64,000 nt of DNA from an uncultured Methanosarcinales archaeon (GCA_964512765.1 CAZEKF010000009.1:30-64029), one strand, 5' to 3'. Shown: positions 8,188-16,785, numbered from the stretch's first letter. A program made the numbers and translations. Notes: generated by a model not told the origin, from the sequence alone.

Positions 8188-8361
8188 CGAAAATGCAAGA
8201 CAGCATTTTCGGGCTTTGTTTTTCTAGAAAAACAAAACATTTATAAATAGTAAGTTCCATATATGTAACTCATTCGGGGGTGTAACAGTGGTTACACCAT
8301 CATCATGAAAATGCTAAATATGCATTTTCAGGACGCCAAAAAAGCAAAAAATGCTTTTTTT
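8188..8361 (+). promoter_or_regulatory. Series of related palindromes/hairpins upstream of tfe
   Basis: Four elements are present: CGAAAATGC-N6-GCATTTTCG (8188-8211), GGTGTAAC-AGTG-GTTACACC (8279-8298), TGAAAATGC-N7-GCATTTTCA (8306-8330) and AAAAAAGCA-N5-TGCTTTTTT (8338-8361). The last is followed by the SD AGAGGT and the tfe ATG. Confidence 0.6.
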
Positions 8362-8384
8362 AGCGTAAAAAGAGGTAGATCACT

Positions 8385-8888
8385 ATGAGAATGAGTAAAC
8401 AATTATTAACAAAAACCACAGAGGAAGCAGTTGGAGAAGACGCTGTTGAACTAGTTTATTATCTTAAAGGTAAAGAAAACATTTCTGAGTTTAAAATTGC
8501 TGAAGATCTTAAAATTGATATACACCAAGTTAGAAATATTCTGTACCGGTTAAATAGTAAACATCTTGCTACCTATATCCGTAAGAAGGATAGGCAAAAA
8601 GGTTGGTACATTAGTTACTGGACATTGAACGAGAAACGGTTCAAAGAAGTGTACGAACAGCAACAAGTAGACAGGCTTGCGAATCTTAAAACTAAACTTG
8701 AAAAAGAGCAAGAGTACAGAGAAGGATTATACATATGTCCAAATCTGTGCACAAGAATGAATTTTGAGAGTGCAATGGAACTGAATTATAAATGTCCTGA
8801 ATGCGGTAAAATACTTAACCCGCAAGATAATTCAAGAACTATTGAGCATTTGAAAACCATGATTGCTGAAATGGAAGCAACTGCTTAA
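8385..8888 (+). CDS. tfe: transcription factor E (TFE alpha, TFIIE-alpha homologue)
   Basis: Winged helix (AVELVYYLKGKENISEFKIAEDLKIDIHQVRNILYRL) plus Zn-ribbon CPNLC...CPEC. Its 167 aa is typical for the family. Confidence 0.85.
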   Translation: MRMSKQLLTKTTEEAVGEDAVELVYYLKGKENISEFKIAEDLKIDIHQVRNILYRLNSKHLATYIRKKDRQKGWYISYWTLNEKRFKEVYEQQQVDRLANLKTKLEKEQEYREGLYICPNLCTRMNFESAMELNYKCPECGKILNPQDNSRTIEHLKTMIAEMEATA

Positions 8889-10225
8889 TTTCTTATTATT
8901 TTTAATACTGTTTCCTTTTTTTCTTCCATTAATTCGTTAGTGTTAGCTTCTAGATTTAATCTTAAATACGGTTCAGTGTTACTAGGACGTACATTAAACC
9001 ACCAATTATCATAGTTTACAGTCACGCCGTCTAACCAGTGAACATCACCATCACTAAATTTTTCAGCAAGTTCTTTCATTTTACCTTCTTTATCTTCAAC
9101 TTTAGAATTAATTTCACCTGACTGTGAATATTTGCGTAATGGTTTAATTAGTTCAGACAATGGTTTGTTTTCACTTGTCATTAACTCTAACACTTTTAAT
9201 ATTACAAAGAACGGTGCTTCTGCATAATGTTCATCTTCAAGATAAAAATGGCTGCTTAACTCACCCGCAAAATAAACACCTTCTTGTTTCATTTGTGCTT
9301 TTACTAATGAATGACCAACTTTACACCTGCCAGATACACCACCATATTTATCTACAATTTCTTCAACAATCCTTGAACATCTAACATCAGCTAATATTTT
9401 TTTACCAGGATTATCTTTAAGAATAGCTTCAGCTACCAAAGTGATTATTAAATCACTTGCAACACTATTTCCTTGTTCATCAATAAAACTGCACCTGTCA
9501 CCGTCACCGTCAAACGCAATGCCAATATCTGCATTGTTCTTAACAACAACTTCTTGCAGATCTTTAACATTTTCTTCTTTCAACGGGTTAGCTTCATGGT
9601 TTGGAAAAGTACCGTCAAGTTCAGAAAATAAATGTTTAAAGTCACAATCAAGTTTATTAAAAAATTCAGAACAAACAGGACCGCCAACAGCGTTTGCTGT
9701 GTCAATCACAATCTTAAACTTTTTCAATGGTATTTTCAAATAATCTAATGAGTGCTTAATATAATCATTCATTATTTCCAATGATTCAACTTTACCTTTA
9801 TGTTCAGGCAGTTCATCAGGTAGATTATCAATCATTTTACCGATTTCATAAATACCTGTCTCGCCACCAATAGGAACAGCACCTTTTCTAACCATTTTAA
9901 CACCGTTATACTTTGGCGGGTTATGACTAGCACTTACCATTAAACCACCGTCATACGGATAATTCCATGCAGAAAAATACATCATAGGAGTTGTAACAAT
10001 ACCTATATCAACAACGTCACATCCTTGGTCAGTTATACCTTTAACAAGTGCTTTGAATAAGCTAGGAGATGATACTCTAGCATCTCTACCAACTGTTACT
10101 TTATTAGATTTGAACTTTATCACATAAGCTCTGCCAATTCTATAAATAATATCTTCGTTAAGTGTTTCAGGATACAATCCTCTTATATCATATGCTTTGA
10201 ATATACTCATAATAATCCCCTCCAA
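8885..10225 (-). CDS. phosphomannomutase/phosphoglucomutase (alpha-D-phosphohexomutase)
   Basis: Carries the active-site loop SASHNPPKYNG, the Mg site FDGDGDR and the N-terminal FKAYDIRG. The start is probably Met6 at 10210. Confidence 0.9.
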   Translation of the reverse strand: MEGIIMSIFKAYDIRGLYPETLNEDIIYRIGRAYVIKFKSNKVTVGRDARVSSPSLFKALVKGITDQGCDVVDIGIVTTPMMYFSAWNYPYDGGLMVSASHNPPKYNGVKMVRKGAVPIGGETGIYEIGKMIDNLPDELPEHKGKVESLEIMNDYIKHSLDYLKIPLKKFKIVIDTANAVGGPVCSEFFNKLDCDFKHLFSELDGTFPNHEANPLKEENVKDLQEVVVKNNADIGIAFDGDGDRCSFIDEQGNSVASDLIITLVAEAILKDNPGKKILADVRCSRIVEEIVDKYGGVSGRCKVGHSLVKAQMKQEGVYFAGELSSHFYLEDEHYAEAPFFVILKVLELMTSENKPLSELIKPLRKYSQSGEINSKVEDKEGKMKELAEKFSDGDVHWLDGVTVNYDNWWFNVRPSNTEPYLRLNLEANTNELMEEKKETVLKIIRN

Positions 10226-10899
10226 TTTTTAATTGCATTTTCATATCGTTCAGGCGTACCAGTGTCAAACCATTGGCCTGTAAAAATGTATCCGTATAAT
10301 TTGTTTTGTTCAGCTAGCTTAGGAAAAACGTCTTGTTCATACATTGAAAAACCACCAGGAATAACCTCAATCACATCCGGTTCCCAAATTGATAAACCTG
10401 AATTAATATAATTACTTGGTGGCATAGAAGGCTTTTCAACAAATTCTAAGATTTTACTATCTTGCATCTTTGCAACACCGTAAGCTGAAGGGTTATTAAC
10501 AGACGTCAGTGCAACTGTTACCAATGCTTTTGTTTTTTTGTGAAATTGTAACATTTCATTGAGGTCAATATCCTTTAATTCATCGCCGTTTGTAACAATA
10601 AATGTTTCTTTCAAATGTTCAGATGCAAGTTTAATAGCGCCTGCACTTCCCAACGCAGTATCTTCAATAACGTACGTAATCTTAACACCGAATTTAGAAC
10701 CGTCTCCAAAATATTTTTTGATCTGATCTGCCTTGTACCCAATTGAAAAAATTAAATCTGTTATATTATATTTTTTAAACAACTCAAATAAATGTTCAGG
10801 AACAGTTTTTCCTTGCACAGGTAACAAAGCTTTTGGAATTTCATAAGTAACAGGCCTGAACCGTGTACCTTTTCCGCCTAATAATAAAACAGCTTTCAT
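10207..10899 (-). CDS. sugar-1-phosphate nucleotidyltransferase
   Basis: MKAVLLLGGKGTRFRPVTYEIPKALLPV is an NTP-transferase signature. The gene is coupled to the phosphomannomutase gene. Confidence 0.85.
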   Translation of the reverse strand: MKAVLLLGGKGTRFRPVTYEIPKALLPVQGKTVPEHLFELFKKYNITDLIFSIGYKADQIKKYFGDGSKFGVKITYVIEDTALGSAGAIKLASEHLKETFIVTNGDELKDIDLNEMLQFHKKTKALVTVALTSVNNPSAYGVAKMQDSKILEFVEKPSMPPSNYINSGLSIWEPDVIEVIPGGFSMYEQDVFPKLAEQNKLYGYIFTGQWFDTGTPERYENAIKNWRGLL

Positions 10900-10921
10900 T
10901 TAAAGAATATAACATCAGTCT

Positions 10922-12403
10922 ATGATATTTAAATATTATGAAAGTGTGATTATATATGATAGTTTTGTAAGACTATTAATGATAAATCTTAAATATAGTT
11001 TATTTTTACCCGCAGTTATGACTTCAAATCTTGATAAAAAAGTTAGTGCAATAATTGCATCTACAGAACCAACTACTGCTAGAAGTTCATTACTATATTA
11101 TATTGAAGATATGATTAGAAAATTAAATGCTGATGAAGTTAATATCCATACCTTAGTTCCAGTGAATCTTTTTCAGTATTTTATTGAAGAAACTTCTCCT
11201 GATAGAGTGTATCTTGACCAAGGTTTGAACGCAGTGCTAAAATATTTCTCATCAAGAAGCTGTGGATTACTTACTCCTACAGTAGATGGAACACCTGCAT
11301 ATCAAATACCTGACCCAGTTCAAGTTAGATTGCATAGGAATAATCTAGACATGGCTTTGATTATGGAAGCTATTAATAAGAGTACTATAGAAGTAGATCC
11401 TAACCTCACACCAAATCATGCAGCTCTTGAATACATGTTTCTAGTATGGAACTTTGGTGTAAAACAAGGTACAATGATTCCAGAGAAACACATAGCAAGA
11501 TATATTGTAGCGAAAAAAGAAGTTTCTTATCAAGAAGCATTAGAATTATGTAAAGAAATAGAGCTTGAGAAAAGAAATATTAGTGAAGAGAACTTAGGAT
11601 ATCCATTACAAAGTTATAATCAAATGTTAAATATGCTAATTAGATTAGAAGAAACAGGCGCTGTAAGGGAGACAGATTGTATAATTCAAGATTCAGCTGA
11701 TTCAGATCATGCAGAACAAGATCCTGTTCCTGAACCAGATACAATATTAAAAAGAATAACATATCAAGACGATGAGCAAACTATAGTAGATGATCAGTTA
11801 AAGGGATTAATAGAAGAATACCTAAAGACTCACAATTATTTCACAATCCAAGACATAGGTAACTGGATATTGTCTCAGGATAGAGAAAAAGGTAAATTGG
11901 AGATTCCTGAACCTAAACATGTGCTTGATCGTCTTCCTCAAGCAATCAGTTCATGTGAGAGTATCAAAAAATCGTATCAAGTGGGAGTGTCAAGTTGTGA
12001 AATAGATAGAAGAAGTTATGCTTATTTTAGAAAAGATTCAAAACAAGATCATCTAGAACTTGAGTATGCTCTTACGTTATCTGTACTTGTTAGAATGGCA
12101 GTTTCTGATCAAGGAACTTTTTCAGATGAAGAGGTAGATTCATTAATTTTGTCAACAGAACTATTTCAGCCAACAAACGGTTACAATCAGAAACCAGAAC
12201 AACCAGAACTTGGTGCAATTATAATTAAAGGAGAACATTCTTTAACAGGATATACAGAGACAATTTTGTCCAGTTTAAAAGCTAATAAATTAGTTAAAGT
12301 AAGAAAACAGATGTTTTCATTAACAGAACTTGGGAAAAATTTGTGTGTGGCTTATAAACCAGGAAACTCTTGGAGCACACCTCTTCATTCATTTCTTGAA
12401 TAA
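10922..12403 (+). CDS. hypothetical protein (start more likely Met33 at 11018)
   Basis: Long ORF with no recognised motif. Its residue composition is less K/I/N-rich than neighbouring genes. Confidence 0.6.
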   Translation: MIFKYYESVIIYDSFVRLLMINLKYSLFLPAVMTSNLDKKVSAIIASTEPTTARSSLLYYIEDMIRKLNADEVNIHTLVPVNLFQYFIEETSPDRVYLDQGLNAVLKYFSSRSCGLLTPTVDGTPAYQIPDPVQVRLHRNNLDMALIMEAINKSTIEVDPNLTPNHAALEYMFLVWNFGVKQGTMIPEKHIARYIVAKKEVSYQEALELCKEIELEKRNISEENLGYPLQSYNQMLNMLIRLEETGAVRETDCIIQDSADSDHAEQDPVPEPDTILKRITYQDDEQTIVDDQLKGLIEEYLKTHNYFTIQDIGNWILSQDREKGKLEIPEPKHVLDRLPQAISSCESIKKSYQVGVSSCEIDRRSYAYFRKDSKQDHLELEYALTLSVLVRMAVSDQGTFSDEEVDSLILSTELFQPTNGYNQKPEQPELGAIIIKGEHSLTGYTETILSSLKANKLVKVRKQMFSLTELGKNLCVAYKPGNSWSTPLHSFLE

Positions 12404-12472
12404 ATATTAAGATACTACTTTTTCCCACTTTAACAACTTTTAAATATGAATATTGTAATTAAAAAATAATGG

Positions 12473-13459
12473 GTGGTTTTTTTGGATAGAAATTTAGCAC
12501 TTGATTTTGTTAGGGTTACTGAAGCAGCTGCACTTGCGTCTGCGCGTTGGGTTGGCAAAGGTGACAAACATAAAGCAGATCAGGCAGCGACTGAACTAAT
12601 GCGGCACACGTTTAACAAGCTAGATATTAACGGCAAGATCGTCATAGGTGAAGGTGAACGTGATAAAGCACCTATGCTATTCATTGGCGAAAAAATTGGT
12701 TCTGGAAAAGGACTTGAAATGGACGTTGCAGTTGACCCATTGGAATGCACAAATAGTGTTGCGTACGGAAGACCAAATGCAATGGCAGTATTAGCAACAT
12801 CTCCGAAAGGAACAATGTTACACGCTCCAGACACGTACATGGACAAGATAGCTGTTTCCAGTGAACCAAAAGATCAAGTTTCTATTGACGCAGAGGTTGA
12901 ATATAATTTAACTAATTTAGCAAAAGCACTTGATAAAAAAGTTAAAGATTTAACAGTCATGGTTCTTGATAGGGATAGGCATAACAAGTTAATTAATGAC
13001 ATAAGAAAATGCGACGCGCGTATAATCTTAATTAGTGACGGTGACGTTGCAGGTGCAATCGCTCCCTCAATACCAGAATCAGGCGTTGACATTTTAATGG
13101 GCATAGGCGCAGCACCTGAAGGAGTTTTAGCAGCGTCAGCGTTAGCATGTTTGGACGGTTACATGGAAGCAAAGTTTAAGTTTAGAAGTGATGAAGATGA
13201 AAATAGAGCAAAGGAGATGGGAGTAATTTCAGACAAGGTATATAAAATAAAAGACATGGTAGACCCAGGCAAAGCAACGTTTGCAGCAACAGGCGTGACA
13301 GATGGTCCAATTTTAAAAGGTGTACAGTTCACAAAAGAAGGTGCTATTACACATTCAATTGTTATGCGATCAAAATCACGAACTAAAAGGTTTTTAGAAA
13401 CGCATCATGCGTTTGATGATGAACCTACGTATTATGAAAAACATAGTTTTAAGAAATAA
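12473..13459 (+). CDS. glpX: fructose-1,6-bisphosphatase class II (GlpX type)
   Basis: Carries LALDFVRVTEAAALASARWVGKGDKHKADQAA and the GlpX-like core GEGERDKAPMLFIGEKIG...DPLECTN. The start is GTG or TTG. Confidence 0.9.
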   Translation: MVFLDRNLALDFVRVTEAAALASARWVGKGDKHKADQAATELMRHTFNKLDINGKIVIGEGERDKAPMLFIGEKIGSGKGLEMDVAVDPLECTNSVAYGRPNAMAVLATSPKGTMLHAPDTYMDKIAVSSEPKDQVSIDAEVEYNLTNLAKALDKKVKDLTVMVLDRDRHNKLINDIRKCDARIILISDGDVAGAIAPSIPESGVDILMGIGAAPEGVLAASALACLDGYMEAKFKFRSDEDENRAKEMGVISDKVYKIKDMVDPGKATFAATGVTDGPILKGVQFTKEGAITHSIVMRSKSRTKRFLETHHAFDDEPTYYEKHSFKK

Positions 13460-14599
13460 ATGTTTGAGGTGAACAAAAAAATGTCAGACCCAATTCCAGG
13501 AAATAAAATATTTAATGCATTGCACGACCATCCAACAATTGTCATGGCGTGCAACACAAGAGTTACAAAAGGTATTGCTAAAGGTATCTTTAAAGCAGCT
13601 AAAGAACTTGACGCACCAGTGTTAATTGAACTTGCAAAATCTGAATGTAACATGAACATTGGTTATACAGGGTATACGCCTGTCACGTTTGCTAAAGCTA
13701 TCAAACAAATTGCAGGTGATGTTGGCCATGATGTCTGGGCATTGCACGCTGATCATATAGGTATTAAAAAAGGTACAGATGACGAACTTGAAGAAATAAA
13801 AGCTTTGGTTAAAGCACAGATTGAATCAGGATTTACAAGCTTTGCAATTGACGCTTCGCATTTATTTGACATGAACGGTGAAACTGAAAAAGAACAGTTA
13901 AAAGATAACATAAGATGTACAACTATTATCGCGAAGTATATTGAAGAAAATAGTAAAACAGAGTTTGGTCTTGAAGTTGAAGTTGGCGAAATTGGTAAAA
14001 AAGACTCAGAAGGAAATGTTGTAACAAGTCCTGAGGAAGCAGTTGCTTTTATTACAGAACTTAATATGAATAATGTGCATCCGCAAGTATTAGCGATTGC
14101 TAATGGTTCTAGTCATGGTAATATTTACGATGATGAAGGTAACCCAATTGAACAAGTATCAATTGACATTCCAAGAACAAAACAAGTTGTCCAGGCATTA
14201 AAAGATAATGGGTTTAATGTTAGAGTTGCACAGCATGGAATAACAGGTACGCCGATTGATTTAATCTATGAAAAGTTTCCGCACGGTGACATTATTAAAG
14301 GTAACGTAGGAACCTATTGGCAGAACATATTTTTTGACGTGTTACAAAAACATAACTCTGACTTGTACAATGAAATTTATGACTGGGTCATGGAAAATCA
14401 TAGAAAGCCAGAGATGAAAGAGGTTCAAGTGTTTGGTAAATATGCTAAGTTTGCATTGAAAGAATTTTTTGATGAAATCTATGCAATGTCTCCAGAAATG
14501 GAACAAGCATTAGAAAATGAAGCTTACACACACGCTAAGAAATTCTTTAAAGCGTTTAAGTCAGAAGGATACGCTTCTAAAGTAAGAGAATTATTGTAA
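13460..14599 (+). CDS. fba: class II (metal-dependent) fructose/ketose-bisphosphate aldolase
   Basis: Carries ALHADHIG, FAIDASH, ANGSSHGN and AQHGITGTP, a Zn-ligand His pattern. A GAGGTGA SD precedes Met8 (13481), so the true start is probably there. Confidence 0.75.
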   Translation: MFEVNKKMSDPIPGNKIFNALHDHPTIVMACNTRVTKGIAKGIFKAAKELDAPVLIELAKSECNMNIGYTGYTPVTFAKAIKQIAGDVGHDVWALHADHIGIKKGTDDELEEIKALVKAQIESGFTSFAIDASHLFDMNGETEKEQLKDNIRCTTIIAKYIEENSKTEFGLEVEVGEIGKKDSEGNVVTSPEEAVAFITELNMNNVHPQVLAIANGSSHGNIYDDEGNPIEQVSIDIPRTKQVVQALKDNGFNVRVAQHGITGTPIDLIYEKFPHGDIIKGNVGTYWQNIFFDVLQKHNSDLYNEIYDWVMENHRKPEMKEVQVFGKYAKFALKEFFDEIYAMSPEMEQALENEAYTHAKKFFKAFKSEGYASKVRELL

Positions 14600-14613
14600 A
14601 AAGGTGATGAAAA

Positions 14614-15624
14614 ATAGAAAAAATTAAAGTTGCAATAAATGGTTATGGTACAATAGGCAAACGGATTGCAGACGCTGTTTTACTACAAGAAGACATGGAA
14701 TTAGTAGGTGTAACAGGACGGTCGTATAATTACAGATTAGAACTTTGCCAAGTACAGGGAATAGACGTGTATTCTTTAGACGACGGTGTTCAATTAGAAA
14801 AAAACGGTATTAAACTTAAAGGTAATGTCCGTGATTTGTTAAAAAAAGTTGATATTGTAGTTGACTGTGCACCTAAACCTTTTGGTAAAGAAAACATAGA
14901 TAAATTGTACAAACCATTAGGCGTAAAGGCTATTTTGCAAGGCGGTGAAAAAGGTAGTGCTGTTGAAAAATCGTTTGTTTCACAGTGTAACTATGAAGAT
15001 GTTTTAGATATAGATTATGTAAGAGTTGTAAGTTGTAACACAACAGGTCTTTGCAGGTCAATACACGCACTGGATCAAGCGTTTGGTATTATGAAAGCAC
15101 GAGCAACTTTAATAAGGAGGGGCGGTGACCCGCCTAATGTGAAAAGAGGACCTATTAATGCAATCATACCAAGTTTTGAACTGCCGAGTCATCATGGACC
15201 AGATGTTAGAACTGTTTTACCAGAAATGGAAGTTTTTACAACTGCTGTTATTGTACCGACAACATTAATGCACATGCACAATTTGAGCGTTGTTTTGAAA
15301 CAAAATGCAGATGTGAAGGAAATTATTGACGTGTTTAAAAAAACTACACGAATCAGAGTAATTAAAAAAGATCAACAATTAAATTCAACTGCTGAGTTAA
15401 TGGAACTGGCACGTGATCTTGGATACAAAAGATCCGACATGAATGAGTTATGTGTCTGGGAAGAAGGTATAGGTAAACATGACGGTGAACTATTTTTTCC
15501 GCAAGCTGTTCACCAGGAATCTATTGTTGTTCCTGAAACTGTTGATTGTATCAGGGCAATGCTGGGAACTATGAGTAGAGAAAATTCTATTAAAAAAACT
15601 AACAGGAGTTTGAACATACAATGA
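14614..15624 (+). CDS. gap: glyceraldehyde-3-phosphate dehydrogenase, archaeal type II; start must lie upstream of the first ATG (14695)
   Basis: Catalytic VSCNTTGL is present. The Rossmann motif KIKVAINGYGTIGKRIADAV is encoded at 14620-14679, between an in-frame TGA (14608-14610) and the first ATG. SD AGGTGA (14602-14607) lies 6 nt before ATA 14614. Confidence 0.85.
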   Translation: MEKIKVAINGYGTIGKRIADAVLLQEDMELVGVTGRSYNYRLELCQVQGIDVYSLDDGVQLEKNGIKLKGNVRDLLKKVDIVVDCAPKPFGKENIDKLYKPLGVKAILQGGEKGSAVEKSFVSQCNYEDVLDIDYVRVVSCNTTGLCRSIHALDQAFGIMKARATLIRRGGDPPNVKRGPINAIIPSFELPSHHGPDVRTVLPEMEVFTTAVIVPTTLMHMHNLSVVLKQNADVKEIIDVFKKTTRIRVIKKDQQLNSTAELMELARDLGYKRSDMNELCVWEEGIGKHDGELFFPQAVHQESIVVPETVDCIRAMLGTMSRENSIKKTNRSLNIQ

Positions 15625-15797
15625 AAAAGTATTACGTGTGCGTGTGTTTAGAATGTAACAAACCAATTATTTACACAGTTGACTTTTTAGTTAAAGAAAA
15701 CAAGTGTTGTCTGGAATTTAAAAACCATAAAATACTGAAAACATTTAATGATGAAAACGAAGCAAAAAAGTTTCTTGAACTACACGAGACAGACTAG
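15621..15797 (+). CDS. small Cys-rich protein (58 aa), possibly Zn-binding
   Basis: Its ATG overlaps the gap stop as ATGA. The sequence is MKKYYVCVCLECNKPII...NKCCLEF. It is below the ORF-track cutoff and overlaps the annotated lspA start by 50 nt. Confidence 0.35.
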   Translation: MKKYYVCVCLECNKPIIYTVDFLVKENKCCLEFKNHKILKTFNDENEAKKFLELHETD

Positions 15798-16206
15798 CAT
15801 TATAGTGTTTGTTTTGATTGTAATTCTTGATCAAATTAGCAAGTACTGGATACGTACAAATATTTTTCTTAATAATTCAATGGTTATTATAAAACCAATT
15901 CTATCATTCACTTATGTAAGAAACACAGGCGTGTCATTTGGACTGTTCAAAGGATACAACTGGATTTTTACATTGATTTTGATACTTGCATTAATATACT
16001 TTGTTTTTCTGTTTTTTAAAGAAAAACAATACAGGTTAATTTATTCTATTATTTGTGCTGGTATTGTTGGAAATTTAATTGATAGATTATTTTTAGGCTA
16101 TGTGGTAGATTTTGTTAACTTTCACCTATGGCCAATATTTAACATTGCAGATAGTGCTATTTTTATTGGAATATTATGGTTGATTGTTTTGGAATATAAG
16201 AAATAA
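15748..16206 (+). CDS. lspA: lipoprotein signal peptidase (signal peptidase II)
   Basis: Carries DQISKYW, RNTGVSFG, GNLIDR and FNIADSAI. These are the conserved LspA boxes, including both catalytic Asp regions. Confidence 0.85.
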   Translation: MMKTKQKSFLNYTRQTSIIVFVLIVILDQISKYWIRTNIFLNNSMVIIKPILSFTYVRNTGVSFGLFKGYNWIFTLILILALIYFVFLFFKEKQYRLIYSIICAGIVGNLIDRLFLGYVVDFVNFHLWPIFNIADSAIFIGILWLIVLEYKK

Positions 16207-16209
16207 TGA

Positions 16210-16557
16210 TTAGAAAGCGCTGAACTCATCTAAACTGTCTAACATACCTTTTCTTCGTAGCATGTTAACCTGTGCTTTTGTGTATTTGAAAACAATATCG
16301 CCTTTATCATCAGGGTTTAATTCCCATGGTTCTACAAGAATAATGTCACCTGGTCTGACCCATAACCGTCTTTTTAACCTGCCAGGAATTCTACAGTTAC
16401 GTGTTTTACCGTCTAAGCAACGTACAAAAGATCTTGAACCGCCGACCCTTCTATCTAGCAAGCCAATCACTTGGTTACCTCTTGGTAATCTTGTCCTTCT
16501 AATCTCTTCCTGTAGTGCTTCTTGTCTTGCTTTTTCTTCTTTTTCCTTTTTACCCAT
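16210..16557 (-). CDS. eif1a: translation initiation factor aIF-1A
   Basis: S1-like OB core VIGLLDRRVGGSRSFVRCLDGKTRNCRIPGRLKRRLWVRPGDIILVEPWE. Length is 115 aa. Confidence 0.92.
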   Translation of the reverse strand: MGKKEKEEKARQEALQEEIRRTRLPRGNQVIGLLDRRVGGSRSFVRCLDGKTRNCRIPGRLKRRLWVRPGDIILVEPWELNPDDKGDIVFKYTKAQVNMLRRKGMLDSLDEFSAF

Positions 16558-16610
16558 TAGAACAACTGAAATTCAGTGCTATATATAAAACTTAGTATGT
16601 AAAGATAAAT

Positions 16611-16618
16611 TTTATAAG
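16611..16618 (+). promoter_or_regulatory. Candidate TATA box for tRNA-iMet
   Basis: TTTTATAA lies about 26 nt upstream of tRNA position 1 (16644). Confidence 0.45.
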
Positions 16619-16643
16619 TCAAGGGTTTTTCTCAGGAAGATAT

Positions 16644-16785
16644 AGCGAGGTAGAGCAGTCAGGAGTGCTCGTTGATCTCTTAAACGAGAGCGAAAGGCTC
16701 ATATGGCTGCAATAAAGCCGAAGACACCCAATTGAGAACATAATTCTCAGGGTATAGGTCGGAGGTTCAAATCCTTTCCTCGCTA
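16644..16785 (+). tRNA. initiator tRNA-Met(CAU) interrupted by three introns
   Basis: The gene reads AGCGAGG TA GAGC AGTCAGGAGT GCTC G TTG[21 nt]GG CTCATA[22 nt]A CCCAA[24 nt] AGGTC GGAGG TTCAAAT CCTTT CCTCGCT A. It has A1:U72 and three G:C pairs at 29-31/39-41. The mature length is 75 nt. Confidence 0.8.

Noticed and set aside
8296-8310. C-box-like ATGATGA on the minus strand (possible C/D box sRNA)
   Set aside because: No D box (CTGA) lies at an appropriate distance downstream on that strand, and there is no terminal stem.
12580-13104. Antisense ORFs within glpX (and similar ones in tkt at 53204-53841, carB, ileS, argH, argG and the FKBP gene at 27865-28212)
   Set aside because: Each overlaps a confidently identified conserved gene on the other strand, and none carries a motif or an SD.
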